DNA of 64,000 nt, taken from NCBI GenBank assembly GCA_963790475.1, contig CAWBOS010000006.1, forward strand, positions 320,001 through 384,000, read 5' to 3'. Every line of letters starts with the position of its first letter. The stretch's first letter is position 1. Under the pieces are notes generated by a model that had not been told where the DNA came from, did not search any database, and was given only the letters and a program-made list of their open reading frames with translations. Source of the stretch: an uncultured delta proteobacterium (GTDB lineage Bacteria > Desulfobacterota > RBG-13-43-22). Of this stretch, positions 29,333 through 39,190 are shown piece after piece. The position numbers and the translations under genes are program-made.

Positions 29333-29410
29333 GGAGAAAAAAGGGAACCGTAGGCCAGGGGGGGAGGGTAATACATTTTTCCCGATGCCGCGGAATTCAA
29401 CCCTTAATCA

Positions 29411-30067
29411 TTAAATCCGAAATTTTCGGGCATGTTCTTCTGACCAGAAGAAAACACACTCCGTTCAGAATGAATCGATAATACTATCGTCTTTGAGTTT
29501 GGAAAAATCTATATCCGGTACAAGAATTACCGGCTGGCATCTTTCGTCTCTGGCTTTATAGTGTAAATCGTTGTCAATCTCGATTCCCATGGGACGAGAG
29601 CAGTGGGCGCATTCGGTTTCAATGTGCACAATCAGATGTTCGTTTCGCAATTTCCCTTGCACGAAGGGCGTTGCAAAGGCATCTGCCGCTCAGGCGGCAT
29701 ACAATTTTTCACCGGTACTAAAAGTAATTTTGTGAGGCGTTTCATCAACTGTCACCGGATAGGCCCAGACCACCTCCCCCTCTCTGTTTCGGTAGAGAAA
29801 GGTCAGGCGCTTTTCCAAATAATCCAAAGCTTTTTTAACACGATCGACAGGAGAGCCAATGTCGTCCGATATAAATTCCGGGGATAAAGGCTTGCCTTTA
29901 CGCGGAAGTTCTCTCACCACAAAATGATGAACCCGGCGATATTCTTCGGATAGAGCGCCTTGCTCTTTTTCAAATCTTCTTTTTCCCTTGGCAATTTGTT
30001 TTTGCCATAAAAATGGCGGCACATTTACTATATACCGCCACAATCCGAGCATGAGTTTGTTACTCAT
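29411..30067 (-). CDS. MerB-like organometallic lyase, predicted selenoprotein with two Sec (U126, U201), 218 aa
   Basis: ORFs 29690-30067 and 29465-29662 are in one frame; readthrough of TGA 29690-92 gives LYAA-U-AADA (MerB YAWCALD) and of TGA 29465-67 gives DSF-U-TECVFFWSEEHA (MerB FCCHVHFFAS); AYP..ETPH upstream; ends at TAA 29411. Confidence 0.85.
29427..29463 (-). promoter_or_regulatory. SECIS-like hairpin after the second UGA
   Basis: CGGAGTGTGTTTTCTTCT-GGTC-AGAAGAACATGCCCG; G-initiated apical loop 19 nt after UGA. Confidence 0.75.
29654..29679 (-). promoter_or_regulatory. SECIS-like hairpin after the first UGA
   Basis: CCTTTGCAAC-GCCCTTC-GTGCAAGGG, loop about 20 nt after UGA. Confidence 0.6.
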
Positions 30068-30143
30068 AGATCACCCCCGGGGCATGTTCTCGAAGGTCCC
30101 CTTGCCCTACCGATATGACCTCTTAAGCAAAGTTCCTCGATGA

Positions 30144-30692
30144 TTAGAACAAGAACTTTGCCCCGAAGAGAACAGAGACAAAGAAATTATCACTCCCCCG
30201 GACATCAAGATTGGTGAAATTGAAGAGGACGGTACCATCCAACGATATCGAATTTGTCAATTTATACTCGGCCCCCAAACCTAAAGGAATAAGGAAATTG
30301 GTATCGTTTTCGCTTCCCCCTCCTCCCGGTTTAAAATCAGCATAGGCCAATCCGAGGCCAGCCTGGACGTGGGGTTTGAGGTTTGGAAGGCCCCCGAGGT
30401 CGAAGGTATATTTTGCCTGGACAGTTAGACCCATTAAAAAGAGATCATTGGTGAATCCCATTTGGAGAAGCGGACCGACTGAGAACTCATTGGTAAGGTA
30501 GTAATCGCCGGAAAAGGCAACAGCAAAGGCGGTATGATCAGGTGTATTGGCTATAAAACCCACAGCAGGTTCAAAGGTAAACCTCCCCATTCTGTCTGCG
30601 GCCCCGGCGAATGAGACTTGTGAAACAATCACCAAGGTAATTACGACCCCGACCAGGAAAGGCATGATGTTGGATGGCTTTGTTGCTTTCAT
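30144..30692 (-). CDS. Outer-membrane 8-stranded beta-barrel protein (OmpA/OmpW-like)
   Basis: ATG 30692 behind AAAGGAG, signal peptide ending AGA, alternating strands (PHVQAGLG, LGAEYKL), terminal Phe. Confidence 0.78.
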   Translation of the reverse strand: MKATKPSNIMPFLVGVVITLVIVSQVSFAGAADRMGRFTFEPAVGFIANTPDHTAFAVAFSGDYYLTNEFSVGPLLQMGFTNDLFLMGLTVQAKYTFDLGGLPNLKPHVQAGLGLAYADFKPGGGGSENDTNFLIPLGLGAEYKLTNSISLDGTVLFNFTNLDVRGSDNFFVSVLFGAKFLF

Positions 30693-31001
30693 TGTTAAAT
30701 CTCCTTTTCGCATTTTATTGGTTATGAAGGCATTGACAAATTGACACTGTAAAATCGGTTTGGATGGTCGGCCCCCGGCTCCCGGAGGACTCAATAAGAT
30801 ATTAATTTCTGTTATGTTGGGTTAAGAAAACGCCAACATAAGTCAAATATAACCTTGGCTTCTTTACAAAAAAGTTTAGCAGGAACGCTCTCAAGAATCA
30901 ATAAGATCAAGTCTGTATTTTCGTCCTGAGAAAACTGTATTTTATCGACCAAGACGCAGAAATGGAACTCTTGGAACAACCGTCTCAGGTTCGCTGAAGA
31001 T

Positions 31002-31655
31002 TTATTTCGTGCCGGGTTGCATCCCCAGGCGAAGTCCCAGCCCCAGCGCTCCTGTGGCCACCATCTGGATAAGATGACAAATTCCATTATGGTCGAACGG
31101 GAACACGATGCGAAGCGATACATCACTGGCCTGCACCCCCGCAGCAGCCAGATTGCACAGGATTGCCAGAGAGACGACTCCGGCGCCCTTCAACCGCCTG
31201 GTGGCAGCAAGAAATGAGTAGATCGTCAGCGCGATCAGCGTCGCAGCGGCCGCATAAACGGCGAAGACGATGAATCCCCCCAGCAAAAACGCGGTCAGCG
31301 CGAAAATGGCAACCCCCACTCCAATGCTCCAGGGGATGAGACGCCCCGCCACGGCTCGCCCCCGCCAATCATAGACAGCGCCCACTAAGAATAAGGCGGC
31401 GAGAATTTCCAAGGTTAAAATGAGAGGCATCCAAAGGGCTGCACGCATGGAATTCGGCAGCTCGAATCCATGGACAATAGCCCCGAGAAAAGACGAAAAG
31501 GCTATGAGGCCAAATACCCAGCACCATAGCCCGGTTCTCCATCGATCACCTGATGCGGTTCGCCACAGGTATACGGCCATCATGACAGCCTCGAAGGCAA
31601 GCAGGGCATCGGTGGCGCTGGTCGTCAGCTCAGTCGGTTGGATAGTCATAATCAT
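31002..31655 (-). CDS. Multi-pass membrane protein (DUF6962-like)
   Basis: About 7 TM helices; PTE.TTSATD, GAIVHG, FDHNGICHLIQ. Confidence 0.65.
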   Translation of the reverse strand: MIMTIQPTELTTSATDALLAFEAVMMAVYLWRTASGDRWRTGLWCWVFGLIAFSSFLGAIVHGFELPNSMRAALWMPLILTLEILAALFLVGAVYDWRGRAVAGRLIPWSIGVGVAIFALTAFLLGGFIVFAVYAAAATLIALTIYSFLAATRRLKGAGVVSLAILCNLAAAGVQASDVSLRIVFPFDHNGICHLIQMVATGALGLGLRLGMQPGTK

Positions 31656-31698
31656 GGCGAGCGTGTTGATTCAACCCCCTTCCGTCTCTTGCTTGTTC

Positions 31699-32244
31699 TT
31701 ACGGCACTCTAAAATCAAAAAAATTGTGGCACTTGTTACAATAGGATTCCGATTTACGATGAGCCTTGTGGCACAGACCGCATTCGATATTTCCTGAATG
31801 AGATTCATGGGGATTGGGTGTCAAACCCCTGGTCAATTTGGCTACCTCCGGATAGTTTTTATGACAGGAGAGGCATTGGGCGGTGGTCAGCGCCTTGTGA
31901 GAAGTGGCTTCGCCGTGGCAGTTCCGGCAGGAGATCCCCTTCCATAGATGCAGATGGCTCAAGGGGACTTTACCCCAAAGGTTTTGTTCCTTACGACTGT
32001 GACAGCCCTTACAGGTGTTACCGGACAGGCTCTGGGTCTCGACATGCCCATTCGGGAGAACCCGATCATTGCCGTGGCAGGCCGCGCAGTCTCCGTTGTC
32101 GGTAATCTCCAACCGCTTCGATTCGGCGAAGGCTGTTCCGGCCTGATTCTCTTCCGACCCGAGATAAACATTGGCCATAACTGGAAGAAGAAGGTCCATT
32201 CCGAGAACAGGGAGGTATTTCAATATAGAGCGTTTCTGCCGCAC
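31699..32244 (-). CDS. Hexaheme c-type cytochrome (c3/small tetraheme-like)
   Basis: Six CxxCH: CAACH, CKGCH, CRNCH, CLSCH, CGLCH, CNKCH; NPHESH. Confidence 0.88.
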   Translation of the reverse strand: MRQKRSILKYLPVLGMDLLLPVMANVYLGSEENQAGTAFAESKRLEITDNGDCAACHGNDRVLPNGHVETQSLSGNTCKGCHSRKEQNLWGKVPLSHLHLWKGISCRNCHGEATSHKALTTAQCLSCHKNYPEVAKLTRGLTPNPHESHSGNIECGLCHKAHRKSESYCNKCHNFFDFRVP

Positions 32245-32357
32245 GGCTTTCTCAGTTCTTCTTCGGCTATCTCAACTATTTCTTGACCGTCTTTGGCATT
32301 TGAAAAGTCTATCAGAAGCACTTTTTCCCTCGTCCCACCTGTTTGAGCGATACGTTT

Positions 32358-32816
32358 TTAAAAGAATATCATTCCCAGCATCTGAGCAATACAAGCTGGT
32401 TTTTCCTGCCCCTCAATCTCGATGGTGTGGGTCTGTGTCACTAGAATCCGGTTTCCGGGCTTTTCCTCCACCGCCGTAAGCACTATCCGGTCACGTATTC
32501 TTGCACCGGAAACCACGGGATTGAGAAAGCGCACCCTATCCAGACCATAGTTGACACTCATCACGGCACCTTCCATTTTCAGCGGAACCTGATAGCTGAA
32601 AAAAGGTATATGGGAGAGGGTTAGAAACCCGTGGGCGATGGTTTGACCGAACGGTCCTTTGGCGGCTTTTTCCACATCCACGTGAATCCACTGATGATCT
32701 TTGGTGCTGTCGGCGAATTGGTTAATCTGTTCCTGCGTCACCTGTGTCCAATCGGTTAGAAAAATTTCTTTCCCTATGGCCTTCTCCATATCTTTTAGTA
32801 CCGATGCCTGAGACAT
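32358..32816 (-). CDS. MaoC family dehydratase (NodN-like)
   Basis: FADSTKDHQWIHVD, IAHGFLTLS, NYGLDRVRF. Confidence 0.9.
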   Translation of the reverse strand: MSQASVLKDMEKAIGKEIFLTDWTQVTQEQINQFADSTKDHQWIHVDVEKAAKGPFGQTIAHGFLTLSHIPFFSYQVPLKMEGAVMSVNYGLDRVRFLNPVVSGARIRDRIVLTAVEEKPGNRILVTQTHTIEIEGQEKPACIAQMLGMIFF

Positions 32817-32853
32817 GAGTCATTCCCCTTTCAGTCTTTAAGTAACCTACATT

Positions 32854-34455
32854 TTACTTCAAAATAGCTGTGCCAAGCCCTCCCCGCAACCGCAGCACCC
32901 GTTTCACCGCCTGAGGGATCTCCTCCTTCCGATGGGTCACATAAATCGTAGTCACCTTCCCGGTTCGGATCAATTCATCCACAGCTTCCATGAAAACATC
33001 CCGATGTGCCGGGTCAAGACCCTGACCGGGCTCGTCCAGGATGAGTAATTGTGGCCGTTTCACCAGGGCCCGCGCCAGCAGGACCATTCGTTGCAGTCCT
33101 GTCGAGAGGACAAACAGCGGACTGTCAGCCAATTCCAAGACCTGGAATTCTGCCAGCCAGTCGAGTACGGCGGCGCGCCTCTGCCGGCTCGGTGTCTGAA
33201 ATAGACCGACCGTGTCATAAAAACCCGAAGCCACCACCTCAAAACAGGTTGCCTCATCGTTAAAGTGCAGGTGCAGCTCCGGCGAAACCCAGCCGATACG
33301 CCGCTTGATCTCCCAAACCGACTCTCCACTGCCTCGCTGCTTGCCGAAGACCGCAATATCGTTGCCATAGACCTGCGGGTTATCTCCGAGGATCAGACTC
33401 AGCAAGGTCGTCTTACCCGATCCATTAGGACCCAGCAGCGCCCAACTCTCACCGGCCCGCACCGTCCAGTTAATATCGCGGAGGATGACCCGGTCCTCAT
33501 AACGCACTGTCACATTACGCAATTGCAATAGAGGTTTTCTGCCGGACTTCCCGCCCGCGTTGCCGGGTTGCCCTTCCTGTGTCCGTGCTCGCAGTAAGAG
33601 GCCTTTTCCAGCAGCCGCAACCGGTTCGTTGTATACCGGCTGGTGACTAAGGAAACTTTTCCTGCCGGCTGTCAGCAGTCCTTTAACCCGCGAGAGGCCC
33701 AACACCCTGGCCCGCGGCCCGGCCGCTATCACCTGGCACTCATGGAGGCACAATAAATGGGTCACCGGGCGCGGCAAATCCTCGATCCGCGCCGTGATAA
33801 GCAGCACCCGCAATGGTGTCCGCATAAGCCGATTCAGCAGTTCATGAAAATACTTCCGCATCCCCACATCAAGGCCCACGAACGGCTCATCGAGCATGAG
33901 CAACCGCAACGGGCGGCAAAGGGCCCAGGCCAGCTGGACTCGTTGTCTTTCCCCGTTCGACAGAGAAATCAAAGTCCGGTCCCAAAACAGCTCGATTCGC
34001 AAAAGTCTGACTGCCCGGCGCATCCGCCGTTCGAATTGCGCGCGTTCCTGGTCATCGGGGTCCCTCACTTCGAAGGGATTAATCTCCATGACCTGTTCAT
34101 AAGAGAGGAAGTCGCGCACCAGTAAGGCGCTTTCCTCCTCGATGCTGTTCCAGCGTGACTGCACGACCATCTCATGAACATCGAGCCTTCGATCCTCGAA
34201 CGACATATGGCCGATGGCCTCTTCCGGCATCAAGCCTGGCGGCGTTCGAAAATGATATTTTAATTCCCCGTGCACCAACGGCAGTTGACCGCGCAGTGCC
34301 TCTCCCAGAAGGGATTTGCCCGAACCGTTTGCGCCGATGATCGCCCAGTGCTCGTTTCGGTGGAAAACCCACGAGGTATTCTCAAACACTATTTGGTCTC
34401 CCAGCCGAAACGATGCCTTCCTGAGGGAGAGAAAGGGCAGAGAAGAGTGTTTCAT
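32854..34455 (-). CDS. modF: ModF-like double ABC ATPase
   Basis: Two Walker A (GANGSGKS, GPNGSGKT), LSNGE/LSTG signatures, IGWVSPELH. Confidence 0.8.
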   Translation of the reverse strand: MKHSSLPFLSLRKASFRLGDQIVFENTSWVFHRNEHWAIIGANGSGKSLLGEALRGQLPLVHGELKYHFRTPPGLMPEEAIGHMSFEDRRLDVHEMVVQSRWNSIEEESALLVRDFLSYEQVMEINPFEVRDPDDQERAQFERRMRRAVRLLRIELFWDRTLISLSNGERQRVQLAWALCRPLRLLMLDEPFVGLDVGMRKYFHELLNRLMRTPLRVLLITARIEDLPRPVTHLLCLHECQVIAAGPRARVLGLSRVKGLLTAGRKSFLSHQPVYNEPVAAAGKGLLLRARTQEGQPGNAGGKSGRKPLLQLRNVTVRYEDRVILRDINWTVRAGESWALLGPNGSGKTTLLSLILGDNPQVYGNDIAVFGKQRGSGESVWEIKRRIGWVSPELHLHFNDEATCFEVVASGFYDTVGLFQTPSRQRRAAVLDWLAEFQVLELADSPLFVLSTGLQRMVLLARALVKRPQLLILDEPGQGLDPAHRDVFMEAVDELIRTGKVTTIYVTHRKEEIPQAVKRVLRLRGGLGTAILK

Positions 34456-34553
34456 ATTTTACAGGACTCGTCTATCCGATCAGTCGATAAATGTTTTTTG
34501 CCCCTTTTATTCTTTACCGATTCGGTAAAATGATGGGGCCGGATAATAAGCCT

Positions 34554-35771
34554 TCAGGCGATTACCTTTTCCTCGGAAAATCTTTGTATATCCTCCCAGG
34601 TGTATCCAAGTTCCAGCGGGACTTCTTCGGTATGCTGACCGAACTCGGGAGCGGCCGTTCTGACTGTGGCCGGTGTCCGGCTGAACTTCACCGGCGGGGC
34701 AACTACTTCCATGGGGCCGTAGTTCGGGTGATCAAGGGTAACATAATAATCATTGGCCCGGGCCTGAGGATCATTGACGACCTCCAGAAGATTCTGTATC
34801 GGTCCCGATGGGATCTCGGCAAAGAGGGGTTTCCACTCAGCCATCGTTTTGCTCATAAATCTTTCATCCAAAATCTTGAACAACTCCATACGATTCTCAG
34901 CCCTGGCTTCAAACGTATTAAAGCGGATATCGTGGATCAGATCTTCCCGTTCGAGTGCACGACAGACCCTGGGCCAGTATTGATCGGGAAGCAGGCACAT
35001 CAGGACAAAGGCCCGCCCGTCCTTGGTGGGATACATCCCGACCAGAGGGTTCATGGAGTCCTCCCTGCCCTTAGGCTTAAACTCGGTAAATTCCTTTTTC
35101 TCAACCAAAGCCCCGGATATGTCGAACGACATCTGGAAAACCCCCAAATTAAACAGGGAGGTGTCCACCGCTTGTCCGATTCCGGTCTTCTCCCGGGCGA
35201 ACAGGGCCGTCATGATCCCGAAGGCCAGCATCATTCCACCGAGATTGTCTCCGATGGCCGGTCGAAAACCCAGGGCGTCCAGAAGATAGGGTATAGCGCC
35301 CCTCGACCAGTAGGAGATGACGTCATAGCCCGGCGAATTCCGGTCTGGGCCTTTTAGGCCGTATCCGGTCAGACTGGCAAAGATAAGCCTGGGATTGATT
35401 TTATTGAGCGTTTCATACTCCAGTTGGAATTTTTCCAGTTCGTAGGGCCTCAGATTACTGATAAAGACGTCCGCCTGTTCAATAAGTTTATGGATGATTT
35501 CCCGTCCCTGGTCCGACGCCAGGTCAAGAGTGACCCCCCTTTTATTGATATTGTAGAGTTCCCAGTTATAGTTGATCCGGGAGGGGACCCCTCTCCCCGC
35601 GGTGAGCGGATTATCCGGTGTAGATTGAAAATACCTGTAAGCATCGCCGGTGACAGGGTTTTCGACATGGATGACATCTGCTCCGAGATCGGCCAACAAT
35701 CTCCCTCCCATGGGCGCTGCCGCCCACTGGGCTATTTCAATGATCTTTATTCCTTCCAGTGCTTTGGTCAA
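34554..35771 (-). CDS. Family III CoA-transferase (CaiB/BaiF)
   Basis: LADLGADVIHVE, NINKRGVTLDL, GYD, catalytic GD, APEFGQHT. Confidence 0.92.
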   Translation of the reverse strand: MTKALEGIKIIEIAQWAAAPMGGRLLADLGADVIHVENPVTGDAYRYFQSTPDNPLTAGRGVPSRINYNWELYNINKRGVTLDLASDQGREIIHKLIEQADVFISNLRPYELEKFQLEYETLNKINPRLIFASLTGYGLKGPDRNSPGYDVISYWSRGAIPYLLDALGFRPAIGDNLGGMMLAFGIMTALFAREKTGIGQAVDTSLFNLGVFQMSFDISGALVEKKEFTEFKPKGREDSMNPLVGMYPTKDGRAFVLMCLLPDQYWPRVCRALEREDLIHDIRFNTFEARAENRMELFKILDERFMSKTMAEWKPLFAEIPSGPIQNLLEVVNDPQARANDYYVTLDHPNYGPMEVVAPPVKFSRTPATVRTAAPEFGQHTEEVPLELGYTWEDIQRFSEEKVIA

Positions 35772-36528
35772 GATTGCCTCCTTTAATTCTTTTTCTAAGC
35801 TTTGCCCAGGTGTTAGTGATCAAGAAGCTCTCCTCCATATTATTAACCATGCTTCTGAACTTGTTCATGGGAAGAGAAAAACTAAGGATTTCTTTGGGAA
35901 CATAAGGCCTGGCTGAAATGTCAAACATACCCAGAACAGCCCGAGGTCGGTACCTATCCTTTTCTAAATAGGGGTACAAAACAATGGAGCCGCACCCGGC
36001 CCCAAAAGGAGCGATGATACTCTCACGCCCCGTTTCTTCAAAAGCGGCCAGGGTAAAAAGCCCGGACAACACATCCGGGGATGCATAAAAAATGATCACG
36101 TCGCATTCGTCCTCTTGAACAAGGGTATCCCATCTTTTAAAAACAATATACTTGGCCGGGGCCGGGTTCCAAGGGGATTCTTCCATCAGTTGCCTTACTA
36201 TTTCCGGAGTCTTTTTGTATCGTTCTCCTTCCGTTTCTCCTTTTAGTCCGCAGGAAAGGAAGTATTCGAAGTTGGATCTTACCTCACGCGTAAACCCCAG
36301 ATACCTTTTCCCCCCACTACAACCGAAAGAATTGCTTCCAAAGCATAGCGACTTGCCTTTTCTCACTTTATTTAAGACCCCAACGAAACACTGGTGACCC
36401 GTTGCCGGAGCCTTGACTAACTCTCCACGTCCTTCCTGATCTGTATAATAGAAGATTATCGGGAGTTCGGCCCCATTAAAATATTTTTTCCACAAACCGA
36501 GGAACTTATCCCTAAATTCTAAATCCAT
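35737..36528 (-). CDS. DUF169 family protein
   Basis: HQCF, GCSGGKRYLG, GERY, GAGCGS, LGMFD..AR; overlaps the next gene by 35 nt. Confidence 0.8.
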   Translation of the reverse strand: MDLEFRDKFLGLWKKYFNGAELPIIFYYTDQEGRGELVKAPATGHQCFVGVLNKVRKGKSLCFGSNSFGCSGGKRYLGFTREVRSNFEYFLSCGLKGETEGERYKKTPEIVRQLMEESPWNPAPAKYIVFKRWDTLVQEDECDVIIFYASPDVLSGLFTLAAFEETGRESIIAPFGAGCGSIVLYPYLEKDRYRPRAVLGMFDISARPYVPKEILSFSLPMNKFRSMVNNMEESFLITNTWAKLRKRIKGGNLDQSTGRNKDH

Positions 36529-36630
36529 GGCATCCTCCCATTGTATCTCTCTTTTTCATTGTTTCCGCCCCACCCCTTGAATCCCCTTTTTCTCAAGAAA
36601 CGATCTGCTTTGGCAAGAAAAAAGATTTGC

Positions 36631-37305
36631 CTACCATAGGCCAGGAAGGAGCCTGTAGTGGGTGTGTTGCGTGTAGGACTCGTACCCCTCCAGGTCCTGG
36701 CGAAGGGTCCGATCCTCGAGCGCGGTTCGAATGATGAAAAACAGGGCCACTATTCCGGCGGGAATGAAGGTATACCAGGAGCCCAACATCAATGGCGTCG
36801 ATATTGCCCCCAGGATAGCCCCTGCGTACCCGGGATGGCGCACGATTTGGTATGGCCCCGAGGTCACGACCTGGTGGGCTCGATCCGTTTGAATGCGTAC
36901 GAATTGTTCGAAGTATTTGTTTTTGACCATAGCCCATGTGGCCAAGGTGTAAGATAGCGCCATTACAACGGCGCCGCAATAAAGCGTAGCCATGGGCATC
37001 GGAGACCATCCGAGCCGCTTATCCAGCCCGGCAACAACAGGCGTGATAAAAGATAGGGTCAGCCACAAAACGATAAACGCTTTGTCAAAGGCTCTCACAC
37101 CGGCATGCCAGGTACCTCGCTGATCAAGCATTTCTGGCGCTCGCTTTGCCAGTATGATGAGCGTACAGGTCTCCAGGAACAAAGTGTAAACGAGATAGAT
37201 CCACCCCTGCCGCCAACGAAGGGTTCCGGCTGTGGCGAAGAGAATCACCGCAAACACAAGGAGAAGGGTTATACGCTGGATAACATACCGGAAGCCTGAT
37301 GTCAT
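36631..37305 (-). CDS. Isoprenylcysteine carboxylmethyltransferase (ICMT/PEMT) family membrane protein
   Basis: VVTSGPYQIVRHPGY, RT.LEDR.L, YRLLPGLW. Confidence 0.88.
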   Translation of the reverse strand: MTSGFRYVIQRITLLLVFAVILFATAGTLRWRQGWIYLVYTLFLETCTLIILAKRAPEMLDQRGTWHAGVRAFDKAFIVLWLTLSFITPVVAGLDKRLGWSPMPMATLYCGAVVMALSYTLATWAMVKNKYFEQFVRIQTDRAHQVVTSGPYQIVRHPGYAGAILGAISTPLMLGSWYTFIPAGIVALFFIIRTALEDRTLRQDLEGYESYTQHTHYRLLPGLW

Positions 37306-37363
37306 AGTTTCACCTAGGCATCTTTCTTCGTTACGGATTAAAGGGAGTCCCAATTATCACGAT

Positions 37364-38284
37364 TTATTCTCCGGCGTCTTTTTGTTTCTTCTTTTTCTTG
37401 CTCAAATCAGCAACCTGCTCAATCTCGGACACAAAGAACCGCTCACTAAAGCCTGCCGCAATAGCCAAAACAAGATAGGTGGCTCGCGGATTGGAATGGG
37501 CTGTGACAATCGTTATCACGCCGGACACCTGGATCAGATAAACGATCAAAGCGCCGGCGGCTCCGATTAAGGGTTTAAGAAACAACAAGGTCCGCCGGAT
37601 GTAATAAGCGTAAGAAGGTGCATCCAGCGATTCCATGGTCGAAATAGCGCTGACGAGTCCACCGATAGCACCGAAAGCGATAACGGCCAGGACAAATGTC
37701 CAGGTGACTTCGGCCAGGTTAAGAAACTCCGGAACAAGCCAGAGACTGCTGGCCAGCAAAATGCCGAGGATAACGGCGGTGATTACCAGGCGGGTGCGGA
37801 GAAGGTTGACTTTGCGCCAATGGGCGTCCCGCGCATCGGCGGTGAGCCGGGAAAGGCGTTCCATGTCAAAACGGATTTCCGGCAGGGGAAGGGCATGGAA
37901 ATGCTTGTCCTCATCGTGTCTTGGCAGATGGAGTCGAAGAGACTCTTCTATCTTGTCGAGGTCGCCTTCGTAACGCTTCTGTTCTTCCTTGGTAACGTAA
38001 GAAAGACTGCCTCTGATATCCACCACTGCCGATAAAAGATCGGAGATTGAGCCAATTCGGCATATACCATGTCGAATCCTGTGCAGCATCTGCCAAATCC
38101 TATCGTATGCGGAATAACGAAGAAGACTTCGACGATTAAACGTCTCTTCGGCCTGTACAAGCCATTTGTGACATTCCGTTGTATCTTTTCCTTCTTGTTT
38201 GAGTCTTTCCAATATCGCGTGGAAATCCTGGATCCTAACCAGAATCTGAGGATCCCCTCTCAGCTTATGGGTTCGCATTATCAT
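37364..38284 (-). CDS. Hypothetical protein: soluble helical N-terminus plus 4-TM C-terminus
   Basis: AAGGAGG RBS; GAIGGLVS, PLIGA, AGFSERF TM motifs. Confidence 0.7.
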   Translation of the reverse strand: MIMRTHKLRGDPQILVRIQDFHAILERLKQEGKDTTECHKWLVQAEETFNRRSLLRYSAYDRIWQMLHRIRHGICRIGSISDLLSAVVDIRGSLSYVTKEEQKRYEGDLDKIEESLRLHLPRHDEDKHFHALPLPEIRFDMERLSRLTADARDAHWRKVNLLRTRLVITAVILGILLASSLWLVPEFLNLAEVTWTFVLAVIAFGAIGGLVSAISTMESLDAPSYAYYIRRTLLFLKPLIGAAGALIVYLIQVSGVITIVTAHSNPRATYLVLAIAAGFSERFFVSEIEQVADLSKKKKKQKDAGE

Positions 38285-38411
38285 TCCTCCTTTCTAATAA
38301 GATCCTTATTGGCCATTTTCAAATTTCCATTTTTCTCAGGCTAAATAAATTCTTTAACATGGTCAGCCCTCCTGAGTCATTAATAGATCATGATGAAGAT
38401 CTTAGCCCTTG

Positions 38412-39014
38412 TCATTCCTGAAACTTCGATGGTTTGAGCGCCTCCTGAAGTGCGGAGGCAATGTCCTGTTCCAATGTTGCGACACCTTTTATAACCTAAG
38501 GGCCGCCATTCTGCCAGTGATCAGTGAAGTTGGCAATGGTTTGCCCAGTGGAAGGTGAGACGGCGCGAATCTCAAGGACCACATCGGTTCCCCCCTCAAC
38601 AAGGGCGAGGGAGGAGAAGAGCTTCACTATCGGTCCCCGTCCGCGAACAGTGATGAAGAGAAGCTGACTGGGGGTGCCCCCATAATCGCCGGCAAGGGCA
38701 GAAACCTCTGCTGACCGAAGGTCGATGGATTCCCGGTCGCCTATCTTGCGGATGACCCTGACCTGGGCAAGGCAGTCAGAAGTGGAAAAGAATCGTTCAA
38801 TCCCGCGCTGGGCAGCGGCCTCGCGGAAGCGGACATTCTTCTGATCGGGGCGCCACTTTGGACCCCAAAAAACAAGTGCCGAAGCCTGTTCGTTGGGCCC
38901 TTGACACAGGGGTTGTTGGGGAGCTTGCCCGGTGATCTGAAAATGAGTGCTGGCGCAGCCGGACAGCACAAGCACCGGGAGTAAAATCAATGGTAGGGAA
39001 CAGATGATGCGCAT
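38412..39014 (-). pseudogene. Lipoprotein gene with in-frame TAG
   Basis: Lipobox LSGC; frame continues past TAG 38496-98 (NGGP*VIKGVATLEQDIASALQEAL) to TGA 38412. Confidence 0.6.
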
Positions 39015-39190
39015 GAGTAGAACTTCAACGCACTGGTAAAATGAAAAAGAATTAAAGGGGACGGTTCTAATTATTTGTCCTGACCAGTATTTGGGTTGAC
39101 GTATAGCACCTACAAGTATTCTAAAGGAACCCTTCCAAAAATTAACAATTAGCGTTTGAAATGTGCATTAAAAAGCCATTTTGTGTCCTT

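Noticed and set aside
34491-35357. 288-aa plus-strand ORF, and similar antisense ORFs such as 60335-61159 and 13191-13814
   Set aside because: Fully overlap well-supported genes on the other strand
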